Shown here piece after piece: positions 1 through 10,669 of a DNA stretch of 64,000 bases. Position numbers and translations under genes: made by a program. Source of the stretch: Patellaria atrata CBS 101060 (Eukaryota). Below the pieces are notes generated by a model. It had not been told where the DNA came from. It searched no databases and saw only the letters and a program-made list of their open reading frames with translations. The stretch's first letter is position 1. Each line of letters begins with the position of its first letter. The stretch is taken from NCBI GenBank assembly GCA_010093705.1, contig MU006098.1, forward strand, positions 355,981-419,980. Reading direction: 5' to 3'.

Positions 1-2593
1 TGCGTTCTAGTATCGGTAGTGGCTTGAGGAGCCCTTTCTTCGACTCTCTCCAAATGGTGTTTCTTCCACATACTTCACAATTCCGGACGAACTGTCGAAC
101 ATTGCTTGCAGCACCTGGCCAGAAGAATTGCCTTGATAGAATGGTGTAAGTAAGGTCTCTTCCAGGGTGTCCAGTAATGTGAGAGTCGTGAATGTTTTAG
201 ATTATACGAGTACGTAATGGTTCACTACCAGGAATCTAGATTCTTCCACGAAATTGTAGCAAGCCTCTATCCTCTAAAGTACACTCGGTAATACTTACAG
301 ACTTCTCCTTTTGAAGCGTTGTTGGTAGGTCTCGTCCTTCATTTGCCACTAGAACTGTCAACTCCTGGTAGAGCTGGTCTTCCTATCGGCTTTAATGCTA
401 GAGCTGTTATATCTCTTCGTTCTTAAAGAGTGGTACTTCTTTAGAGAAGTTAACTTTAGCTGATAGAGCATTTATATTTAGGACTCTAGTGCTCTTAAGA
501 TGTTTATTCTAGAAGAGTTGTATAAAACGTGATCGTAGCCTTTCGTCGTTATAGTCATTTGGAAGGTCCTATTCACGACGTGATAGCGTATCAGGTTTAC
601 CCATACTTGTTCCTGGTTTCCATTCTAGAGTGAAATTAAATCTTGCAAGAAACTCTGACCATCGTACTTGTCTCTCGGATAGCTGCTTCTCTGTGTAGAA
701 GTACCTTAAATTCTTATAATCAGTCAAAATGGTGAAGTGCTTAACCATATATAGCTCCGGTTCCCAGGCTTCTAAGCATCTTATAATAGCAAGTAATTCC
801 TTATCATGAATTGGGTAATTGGCTTCAGTAGAATAATGCTTTTTTGAATGATACGCAACGGGTTTCTAGATACCTGCCTTATCTTTCTGCAAAAGTAAAC
901 CACCAGTAGTATAACCAGACGAGTCGGCTTCTATTAGTGTCTTCATATCTGGGTCAAAGTGAGCTAAGATAGGTGCGGTGATAAGTAACTCCTTTATCTT
1001 TTTAAATGCTTCATTATAAGGCTTATCCCATCGAAAGGGGACGTCCCTCTTTGTAAGATCTGTAAGAGGCCTTGCAATATCCGAGAACTTAGGTATAAAA
1101 GTCCGATAGAAGTTTATAAACCCTATAAACCCTCGAACTGTCTTGACGGATGACGGTGTGGCCCACTCCCGTATTGCAACAATCTTTTTAGGGTCAACGC
1201 GGATCCCAGTTTCAGCTTCAATAATAAACCCAAGATATTTGACCCTTTTAGTCTCAAATTCGCACTTTTCAATATCGATCTGTAGTCCGGCGTCCATTAG
1301 CCGTTGAAGAATCTTTCCAACTTTATTTCGGTGGTCTTTAAGGGTTCCTGATAAGTAGATAAGAATATCATCTACATATGCTGAGACAAAATCGTCTAGA
1401 TAATCTTGAAGAATGCTATTTAGGTATCTTTGAAATGCCGCAGGTGCTCCAGTTAATCCAAAGGGAACAACTTTCCACTCGAAAAGTCCATATCTTGTCC
1501 GGAAAGCGGTTTTCCATTCTTCCCCTTCGGCTATTCGTATCTTATGAAAAGCGGCAATAACGTCGAGTTTAGTAAACCATCGAGCCTTTACAACGTTCCT
1601 TAGGGTTTCGCTGAATAATGGTAAGGGATAGCGATCTTTCTTTGTAATGTTATTCAGTCCACGATAATCAACACAGAATCGGATACCTCTATTAGGCTTC
1701 TTTACCATTAGCACTAGTGCCGCAGCGGGTGAGTTGCTAGCTCTAATAAAGTCCTTCCCTAACAATTCAGTAAGAGTCTTCCTTAAAACAAGTAATTCTT
1801 CTCGACCCATGCTATAAAGTGGGCCCCACGGGACCGCCTTCTCATTACCATCCTGATCCTTTTCAATCTCAATATGCAAATCAACACCTTTCCGACAAGG
1901 AGGTAGCTTCTCTGCTAGGAAATGGTCGAATACCTTCAGCCAAGGAAAATATTGAGGTGGTAATTTTGTCTTAGGGTCTAACCTCTGACGTGGTTTTAAG
2001 GCTTTATCAATATCTGCCATAGAGACAGCATGCACTTCAGTATAGATATTAATTCCCCTTTGCTTAGCTTCTCTTCTATTCCTTCTTACGTCTGCCATAA
2101 ATACTGTGGCCATGACTTGTTTTGCTTTGAGTTGGGGTGGCTGGTATAACTTCTTAGCGCGGTTCTAGACACGGGTATTAGATATTCCAATGTCTAAGCA
2201 CCCTTTCCTTGCGGATATGATTGAATTGGTATCTTCTAACCAAGGATTTCCAAGGATCACTTCGTGATTAAGGCCTGGTATAATATAGAAAAAGATACGT
2301 TTTTGCTGGTGGCCATCTATATCGATTGAAGCATAGGTTATAGTATCTAAGACTGTAGAGGGCCTTACGTTCTTTCCAGCAGCTTCTTCTAGCTTTCTTA
2401 GTGCAATCCGGAGATGAGGCAGCTTTAAAGATTTGAAAAGTTGTTCACTAATTGCAGCGTAGCAAAGACAGCTAGAGTCAATAAGTCCTGTAACAAACTT
2501 GGTTCCATTGAGTCTAATATCCACTAAAAAGGGGTCTCCATCCATCTTTACTTCTCTAACTTCTTTCCATTCTCTTCGAGCTGCCGCGCGTCC
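1..2593 (-). pseudogene. pol: Pol (aspartic protease, RT, RNase H, N-terminal integrase) disrupted by nonsense mutations
   Basis: In frame with gag. Protease LIDSSC (normally DSG), RT LDVIAAFHKIRI / PFGLTGAPAAFQ / YVDD. Stops at 2165, 866, 569 and several more below 520. Confidence 0.95.
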
Positions 2594-3748
2594 CTATTGG
2601 CTTGCGTCTTCCTTAGTGTTATCATCATCTTCCTCCACCATGGCTTGGGTGATAGTGGGCCGAGGAGATACCGCTGTGCTAACATGAGTAGATTGTTTTG
2701 GTCGAATTGGTGCTGCTAGTGGGCAGGTGCTAACCCTGCAATCATCTCTACCACAACGGAAGCAACGGTTTTCCCGGATACGAGCATTTATCTCTCTCTG
2801 ATTAACCCACTTTGCCCGTTTTCCTATAAGCGCTTGGTCTTCAGGTCTTTTAGATGGGTATCCATCCTTGTTATTACGGGTGCGTGTGCTATTGACTTGG
2901 GTTAGAGTAGATACTGATGGGGTGGGTTCCCATTCCATCATGTCTCGATGTGGTGTCTTAGTATCTATGGTCTGCGCACTTTTACTACTCCTAACCTTGG
3001 TCCACTGCCCAAATAGTTCCATATCATTGCTGATTTCTTCACATCTTTGAGCAAATTCCATATAGGTATCCTTTTTCTTTCCTAAAATACCTATAAGCTT
3101 ATCCTTCATCCTCTCACTCAGCGCATTACGCAAATAGGATATCTTTGAGTCATCATCCCAATCTTCAGCATCGGCATTAGCTATCTCTTTCTCGAAGCGG
3201 GGATAGAAAGCCATAAATGTCTCGTTATCCCGTTGGCGAATAGAATGAAGGTTTTGGATGGCTTTTTGTTTACGGTTCCGCTCTCCATAGAGGATTTCAA
3301 GTCGTTCAAGTAACCGATAAGGGTTCGGTAAATCCTTTTTAACTTCCAACTCATAAAATGTTGTCGTGTTTGTCTTAGCGGTTTTCTCAAGGTGCATATA
3401 GATATAACGCAATTGGGCTTGGAGGGACCCAATGGCTATAGCGTCTTCTTCTATCTTGCCTTCCATCTCTAACTTCCAGCCCCTCCATTGTGACTTGTCA
3501 CCGCTAAACTTCGGAGGATGGGGGAGGCTATGGCGCGGCTTCGTGACGACAGGTGTGATCGCGGCGAAGGGGGGAGGGGTATCAGATTCAGGGGTTGTTG
3601 TGGGATCTAATTGGGAAGTCGTTTGCTGATGCTCTAGGGAAGGGAGTCGTTCGTTAAATTGACGACGTAGCTCAGTACACTCGCTCCTAAGGTTTTGTAT
3701 CTCTGCGAGTAGGATGCTTAAAGTATTAGGCTCGTTATTCTGTTCCAT
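2594..3748 (-). CDS. gag: Retrotransposon Gag with C-terminal zinc knuckle (CX2CX4CX4C)
   Basis: 384-aa ORF with PPKFSGDKSQWRGWK gag-like motif, IRQRDNETF major-homology-like segment and knuckle CFRCGRDDCRVSTC. Confidence 0.92.
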   Translation of the reverse strand: MEQNNEPNTLSILLAEIQNLRSECTELRRQFNERLPSLEHQQTTSQLDPTTTPESDTPPPFAAITPVVTKPRHSLPHPPKFSGDKSQWRGWKLEMEGKIEEDAIAIGSLQAQLRYIYMHLEKTAKTNTTTFYELEVKKDLPNPYRLLERLEILYGERNRKQKAIQNLHSIRQRDNETFMAFYPRFEKEIANADAEDWDDDSKISYLRNALSERMKDKLIGILGKKKDTYMEFAQRCEEISNDMELFGQWTKVRSSKSAQTIDTKTPHRDMMEWEPTPSVSTLTQVNSTRTRNNKDGYPSKRPEDQALIGKRAKWVNQREINARIRENRCFRCGRDDCRVSTCPLAAPIRPKQSTHVSTAVSPRPTITQAMVEEDDDNTKEDASQ

Positions 3749-3765
3749 CCTTAGTAACTTGAATG

Positions 3766-3777
3766 ATCTTGATTGTA
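3766..3777 (-). promoter_or_regulatory. Self-complementary primer binding site (pairs with LTR 3829-3840)
   Basis: Plus 3766-3777 ATCTTGATTGTA is the exact reverse complement of plus 3829-3840 TACAATCAAGAT. It abuts the LTR end and is not a TGG-starting tRNA PBS. Confidence 0.8.
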
Positions 3778-3941
3778 TGTGAGCGGCCTCTAGTAATTGT
3801 GTTCCAACTATCTAGTCCAGATGCTATCTACAATCAAGATAAAGAAGAAGAGAAGAGTCTGAAGGCAGGTTTGAGGAAAATATTACTGGCTGATCTTCGG
3901 ATGCAGGGCGCGCTCATACCACTAGGCTCTAGCCTGTTACA
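3778..3941 (-). repeat. Putative 5' LTR (about 164 bp, TG...CA termini)
   Basis: Minus strand begins TGTAACA (3941) and ends CTCACA (3778), directly followed by a primer-binding-like 12-mer and the gag ATG at 3748. The second LTR is outside the window, so boundaries and TSD are unconfirmed. Confidence 0.7.
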
Positions 3942-4860
3942 CATTTCTGAATTTATACAGCACATCTGTTAAATGGTGAAGCTCGCCACCGGGTAAATGA
4001 GTGCTGACTAGTTCAAAAACAGTGGTGAAAACAATGGTATGGAACGGTAGCTTGAGACAGAGCGTCAAACCATATTACAACAGATCTCTGACAAGAGCAC
4101 GGATCTGTGGTGTTTTATCTGTTCTCTTTCTGACCCAGTATCATTGTCAACTGTTCAGTATATAGTCCGTATCTCTTTCAGTAGTTGCAAATAAAGCGAC
4201 ATACTCCATGCACCTGCAGATACAGTTTATCTCACAACATCTCATCATCAATGCTTCTTTGAGGACGTGTCAGATATGAAGTCATTGCCAGCATGACTCG
4301 ACTCGGTTTAGCTGAGGAAAGACGGGACCGATGCAGGACCATAGAATTCATAATGCGGAATTATTCGAGGAAATCTTCAGGATCAAGTGTGAAGCCATGG
4401 GCCGTTATTGGCAGAACGACTGGTAGTCTGTTTTAGAAATCTGATGTTGGGTGGGTGGACGAATCAGAAGCTGTGTGCTAAGCGAGAATTGCCCAAAGCG
4501 GTAGTCGTTACAGTTTCGTCACACAACTCATAAAGGTCCTGCCCGGCATGACACGTTTACTCTTCCATTTTGTCCGCCATTAACAACGCACCCCACTACA
4601 AGCGAGTGCATAACAACGGTATAATTGAACAACTAAAGTAAAGGATATTGTTAAGGTACAACCAAAGAAATCTAGAAGCTCCTCGCATTATTGACAAGTA
4701 TAAGAGCTGCATCTCTCCCACTTCCTGGACTGTTTAAACAACAACCCAAGCACAATCTCAAAAGTATACACGCACCGAAACAATAAAACACTTTCATACT
4801 TTACGTATATACCACTTCTCAAGCGTATACATAAATCAACAATTTCTTCCGGCAACACTA

Positions 4861-5878
4861 TCTCAATCACTTCTACTGCCCCTTAAGGCACCAAAGATCA
4901 TCCTGCCAGGGGAGGCTCGCTCTATCAATGGACCAAAGATTGATGTGATCGTATACGACAGGTTTACTCTTATCCTCGCTAATATTCTTCGCAATATACT
5001 CGCCACTTACTCCGGAACCATCCGCTACAACCGTCATACGGAGCCAGTACCGAAAGAGGGTGGCAACAAGACTCTCCGTCTTGCTACCATGAACACTGAT
5101 GAACAAAAAGTTCTTACATGTATCGACGATGGGGGTAGGTTTCACCAATCCAGGAAAGAAGCTGGAGATTTGACCAGCAGCCAGTCTCAACTGTACTATC
5201 GGATTGTACAGAGCTACACTCGCATTGGACATGACCGCTCAAATCGAACTCCTCAAGCTCATTGAGTCAACTGTGTCAACCTCTCCACTATCTAAGGATG
5301 AGTTCTTAGTAATCTACGAAGGTCTGCTCGGTCCAAAGCACGAGAAGTTACAAAAGACGATGCTTCGTGAGACCACCCGCTACGCTTTCGACGAATCTCT
5401 ACCGTCTTTCAACGACATCGGTGCATAGGCAATTACCGAAACAGGTCTTGTTGAGAAGTTGAGATCTGCTCATTGGGCTGTGATGTCTCCGACTGAACGG
5501 GATGCTGAACGTGCCGCAAATAATCAAGCATACGAACAGCGCCAGCAAGCCCGTGAAGAGCGCGGCGCTCGTAATCTCAAGAACGAAGAGGAGAAAGCAG
5601 CTCGTCTCGCTCGTGCTGCTGAGAGGGCTGCTAACCGTGAGATCAATGAAAAGAAGAAGGTAATTCGCCTTGCACGCAAGGCACGCCACGAAGTGAGAAG
5701 ACGGATAGATTTGCTAGGGAAGCTGAGATGGAGCGAGTGCGCCATGAGCCTAACAAGAAGCAAAAGGCCGAGAGACTCTCCCGAGAGGAGCAAGAGGCTT
5801 AATACGCCCCTGGTGTGTATGCCCGCCAGGCACGAAGCGACGACCGGAATGGCCTGGAACACCATTACTTATCAATAA
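4861..5878 (+). pseudogene. Degenerate BTB/POZ-like gene with charged coiled-coil tail (paralogue of 7563-9142 and 9812-10669)
   Basis: INGPKIDVIV..NILRNILATYS, LYRATLAL and SPLSKDEF align by eye with the neighbouring paralogues. No ATG found, frameshift near 5135-5170, TGA at 5171 and TAG at 5426. Confidence 0.7.
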
Positions 5879-7562
5879 GGTTGCGGTGATTTATCCACCA
5901 GTTCACATTGCTTAAGGGTCCTCTTTTCGGAATTACACGAGATTGATCGTGTCTAGCACTTCTAACTGTTTCATACTGCTTATGGTTCCTTTCTTCAAGG
6001 TTGTACGGAGGTATCTGATTCAGAGGTGCTTGTTCGGGAGTTTTAAATTAGGATATGATAATTGTAATTCATAATATGCCACTATTTGATGCCTAGTGAA
6101 GATGATAGACAGTGATTCAATTGACGTTGTTGTATGACTTATTAGTGGAACATTGCAAGTGATGAGTAGGGAATCTCAGGCCCTACAATCGCCTTCGTAA
6201 ACACCTTTTTCCTCGAGAACGAGATATTAGGAAAATAAATTTTTCTTTCAGAGTATATTCTCCCTGTATACCTCCAATTCTCCTCTCCGTCTATTTAATA
6301 TTCATCATAGTCTTAGCCGTCCGTTCGGTAAAGACAGGAATTTCCCCCAAAACAAGGCACTAATAGCTACTGGTTTCATAACAAATGAAGAAGCATTTAC
6401 ATTTCACAAATATACAGTTTGTGGATTTGATCGATGCTATCAGACCTTCCAGTGACCAATCCTAGGAGACCACACGGTCAGAATGCCTCCGTATCCAGAC
6501 CTATAGGTAAATTGGTAAACCACTTCCAGTCTACAATCCATTCCTCCATTTTTAAAAGTTAACATCATGTATATGCCCTCCCCTCTACACTCCCGCTGGC
6601 TTCTATTTCTTTGCCTTCCAGTGAGCGCTGAACTTGATCAGTAGTCACCATACGTTGGCATCTTCGTGATCTGCTTAGACGATTCCGTAAGAACTTCATT
6701 GAAGTCTCTCTTTTCCTGTAGGCTTCTACTAGAGAGAACTTGTCGGTTGTGCTTTAGGGAGTGAGGACTATGGTGTCAGTCCGACGAAGCGCATACTGTA
6801 GGAATTCCACTACTACTGGGCAAAATGACATAGAGTTAGCGAACTTTGAGATAGTAATGCTTTATATTGGAATCAAAGGCGTCTTACAGTCTAATATCCA
6901 AATAGAATGCTGAAGTGTTGTTTGTATTAAGTAGACTTATCAGGGAACAGCGTAGTAGTGTTGACACTGTGTGATTCAGATTTACATTCACTACGGAATG
7001 CACTACTGACGGTATACCAAAGCTTCATATCAAATAATAACTTATTCACATAGAACTAGAAGATATAGTCAACGGAGGAAAAGAGGGAGTACAATCAATA
7101 GAATCTGTGTATGGGGGTGCAGACACTCGTCTGGTCCAGTATGCACCAGTTTGATGGTACGTTATTGATATATGTACAAGTGCGTAATATGTCATAGTCT
7201 GATGTTTGAGTTCGATGAGTCCGTGAACTGTTGCTAATTGTCATTAGACGACATTACCTCTTCACACTCACTTAGGGATCACTTCTATTATACTGAAGAT
7301 TTGACTAGAGGAAGGTTGTTCAAAGCACATGACCCGGTAGTTCTATGTTTGCACATTGTTTATCCGCAAGGTTTGAAAACTTACTGCGTGTTTCCCCTCC
7401 CAAATTCCAACCACCCCACACAATCACCTCCACACCCACTTCCAACGCCAACAAAGCAGAATATCTCTGCTTAAAAAGATCATAAACACCTCGTAGTATA
7501 CAAATCTCGTATGGGATCACGGTAGAACAGCTTTAACAAATTTTAGGATCCCACGCAAGCAA

Positions 7563-9142
7563 ATGGTCCAAACAAACTTTGGCCATCTCCAGGCTACACG
7601 CAATAAAGGTACACCTTCATCTACTATACCATTATTTGATCACTCTAATGTACAAAAAGGTCCAAACAACCAGTATCGTTATGGACAAGTAGTCAGAGCA
7701 CAGCCCTATGGAGGGCGTTCATCATATGTAAGTACCATCATCAACAGTTATCCCACAATAATAACTATGCTCTCTCAAGAAAAGTCTCATATCCAGTATT
7801 TCATTACATGGATCTTCGAGACAGAGATAATTTAAAATACTAACAAACATAACAGAAATTCTGTCCGGCTCAGTTCCCTCCTCATATTGAGGATCTCTTC
7901 AACTACGACAATGACGTGCGCCGACGCCTCCGAGAAGGTCCTACCTTCGACCTCGTGTTCGTCACTAAGGATGACTGTAAGAATATGGTGTACCAGAACG
8001 CCCCAATCCATCTCTTCGCCGCCTATTCGAAGGTGATCTATGAGCACTTCACCGATCCTGCGAGCAGGAACACCAGGGAAGTCCGTATCCCATTAGAAGG
8101 GGCTAGTATGTTGGCCCTGGACCATATCTTCACATGGATGGACAGAAATTCCTGCACTGCTATGCCCTACTGCCTCCGAACCCGTGATAAGTTCGTCGAT
8201 AATGTGAGCCTCTACAGGGCCAGCCTCCTCCTTCGTATCACTTCTGCCAGCACACGCCTCTGGAACGTAGTCCGGATGCACATCTCTTACAGCAGACCTC
8301 TCAGTGTTGGTGAGATGAGCCTAATCATGAAGTCTTTCGAGCCTAATCACCCACTTGTGCACCACATGGTGCGTAATCTTGAACACATTCTCTATAACAA
8401 GACGCATCCCGATGTTGAGGAAGTGAAGAAATTCATCGCGGAGACACCAGTGCTCGAGACGAAGCTTAAGAATATAGCAAGGGAGCCAAATGACTTTATT
8501 ACCAAGGTCAAGATGGAACAAGAGCTGCGAGCTCAGCATGGACGCCCATCCAATTACGTCCCGTCACCAGATCCAGAGAAACAGGAGCAGCAGCCAGAGG
8601 AGTCAGAGCAGGACGAAGATGTTGACTTCTGTCCCACTAAGAATGGACAGGAGTCAGAGCAAGATCACCATGATGAGCGTGTTGCCCCTGAACCGGGGCA
8701 GGAGTCACAGCAAGATTACGAAAATGAGTGCATTATCCCTGAGCCAGTGCCTGAGGCAGAGCAAGATCACCATAAAGAACATGTTACCCCCGAGCAAGTG
8801 AAGGAACCAAAACAAGTCAAGACCCCAGAACATCCTCCCACTGAGCAAGAACAGTGCCTAAAGCGAGATGATCGTGTGGGAGGCTGTGTCATCCCTCTTC
8901 GTAAACCTCAAGACCAGCTAAAGCCCCCGAAGCGGAAGCAGAAGCAGAAGCAGAAGCAGACGCAGAAGCAGAAGCAGGAATCTAAATCCCGAAAGACAAA
9001 GTATGAGACGGACGAAGAGTGGACGAAGACACAACAGGAGAAGTTCGACGAGCGGCGCAAGCTTGCTTCGGACGGTCAGCGTTGGTTATCTGACACTGAC
9101 GCTGATGCCATTATGGGTCGGCATAAGCCGCGCCAGGGATAA
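7563..9142 (+). CDS. Hypothetical protein with divergent BTB/POZ-like domain and repetitive acidic/KQ tail; exons 7563-7727, 7856-9142
   Basis: GTAAGT donor at 7728, TACTAAC branch at 7838, CAG acceptor at 7855, phase 0 into the 408-aa ORF. EGPTFDLVFV..APIHLFAAYS..ALDHIFTWM resembles fungal BTB folds. Confidence 0.8.
8596..8800 (+). repeat. Four degenerate 51-bp (17-aa) coding tandem repeats
   Basis: EESEQDEDVDFCPTKNG / QESEQDHHDERVAPEPG / QESQQDYENECIIPEPV / PEAEQDHHKEHVTPEQV. Confidence 0.8.
8930..8977 (+). repeat. (AAGCAG)n coding microsatellite encoding KQ repeats
   Basis: aagcggaagcagaagcagaagcagaagcagacgcagaagcagaagcag. Confidence 0.9.
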
Positions 9143-9811
9143 GATTCGAGAACGGTGTAAGATCAGGTTTACTTGACAATTGCATAATGAAAGGTGTGGT
9201 TTTTTTGTATATGAAAACATAATGGGATTTCTTTTGTTGTGATTTTATAGAGTACATATGAAAATAAAAGTGTATGAAAAGCAAAATAATCCCGTTTCCA
9301 TCATGCCCTGTTCGAATATTATGCATCAACAATAATGGAAGAGTCCCATATGAGCTATCCTACGATACTGTATACTTGATATGTATAGTTCTCATCGTGA
9401 TTATGCTGCCATCTTTCCGTATGTGTACCGTATAGTCCCTTTTGCTGGAAATAGGGCTACAGATTTGAATATCATATATTACATTTATGGGCTTAAAATA
9501 TCTCCTAATTCTGAAACCGATCATAACATGCTGTAGATTGTAGAATTGTAACTAGTTGCGCATTACGTCCACATATACATCAAAAGCGGTAGGATCAAGG
9601 CCGTTATGTAACTCAAAAGCCCATCACAAGTTAGGAAAATGATAATTCAAAGGTTTCATTAGGATTGTATGCCCAATTGCAGTATAACAGCACCACAGGG
9701 AGACAGTTTAGTAGTTCGTGGGGGGAGAGCTTTATCTCTGCCTTCATATCATTGGGAAGTCTATACTATACATTTTCTCCTCTCAATCAACATCATCGTC
9801 ATCCATACTAA

Positions 9812-10669
9812 TTAGTCACGGTGGATGAAAGTCCATCCCCAAACCAGACCCTCCCATTCCATATCCTTCCTAACCGTCTCCAGCACCAGTTGTCCACGCT
9901 TCTCCTCCTGGGCCTTCCTCAACCCCTCTTCCAACGACTGCGCTACCGCCTTGTCCTTCCATTGGGTTCTGTACAGGAAGTTCATACGCTCCAGCTCTTG
10001 GTTAGGTTTCTTGAGGAGGTACGCCTCGATAGCGTCCCAGTCTCCCTCCGCTCCACACACCCACCACTTCAACGTCTGTGCAAGCGCAGATTCACGCAAG
10101 GCCGCTCGGGGAGGAAGAGAGCAGACGGACGAGAGCTCCAGGACATCAAGTGGCCTATCAACCATGACTTGACGGAGATCCTCACTGATGCTCCGGAACT
10201 CGAACGGAAGATCCAGTGCTGAGATGCAGTGGTGTACGTGTAACATGTCGACGAAGGAACGCGGATAGGGTACCACCGCGAGTTTGGAGGGATCGGTTGT
10301 GTTATAGTCCATCTTTGCTTTGAACATTCCACCCCTGAGCAGGTTCTTGAGGTGGCTCTTAGTGGTCGCACTCTCATACATCCGGGCCACCACCCATACC
10401 ATTGCGGCTGCAGGCACCTTTCCCTCCACAATCGGACCATTAGTTATCATGAGAGTCCTTTCAAACCTATGGTTGCGTACCAAAAGCGAATAGTGGACGA
10501 GGAGGGCGCAGGGGACAGCGGGAACAAGGACGATACGAGCACCGCTATATGAGTCTCGATAGATGATGTCCATCTTTCTGCCCGACAGCATGGCTTCAGT
10601 CGCTGGGCCAACCTGAACACTGCGGATGGTACTACGTTGCGAAGAGAAAAAAGGATTCGTAGAGACCAT
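9812..10669 (-). CDS. Hypothetical protein, BTB/POZ-like paralogue (285 aa)
   Basis: Intact ORF with ACG-ATG-G start context. SGRKMDIIY..VPCALLVHYS..AAMVWVVARM..RPLDVLEL matches motifs of the 7563 gene. Confidence 0.75.
   Translation of the reverse strand: MVSTNPFFSSQRSTIRSVQVGPATEAMLSGRKMDIIYRDSYSGARIVLVPAVPCALLVHYSLLVRNHRFERTLMITNGPIVEGKVPAAAMVWVVARMYESATTKSHLKNLLRGGMFKAKMDYNTTDPSKLAVVPYPRSFVDMLHVHHCISALDLPFEFRSISEDLRQVMVDRPLDVLELSSVCSLPPRAALRESALAQTLKWWVCGAEGDWDAIEAYLLKKPNQELERMNFLYRTQWKDKAVAQSLEEGLRKAQEEKRGQLVLETVRKDMEWEGLVWGWTFIHRD

Larger units (their letters stand above)
1..3941 (-). mobile_element. Ty3/gypsy (Tf1/sushi-like) LTR retrotransposon, RIP-inactivated, 3' part outside the window
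   Basis: Gag, protease, RT, RNase H and integrase occur in gypsy order in one minus-strand frame. Motifs: RT YVDD, RNase H EADSS..ELLA..TD, integrase HDSHITGH...CEVC. About ten in-frame TAG/TAA stops, all explicable as transitions from TGG/CAG/CAA. Confidence 0.97.

Noticed and set aside
6620..6660. TGAACTTGATCAG resembling part of a fungal TPP riboswitch
   Set aside because: No upstream CTGAGA element, no P5 stem and no thiamine gene nearby.
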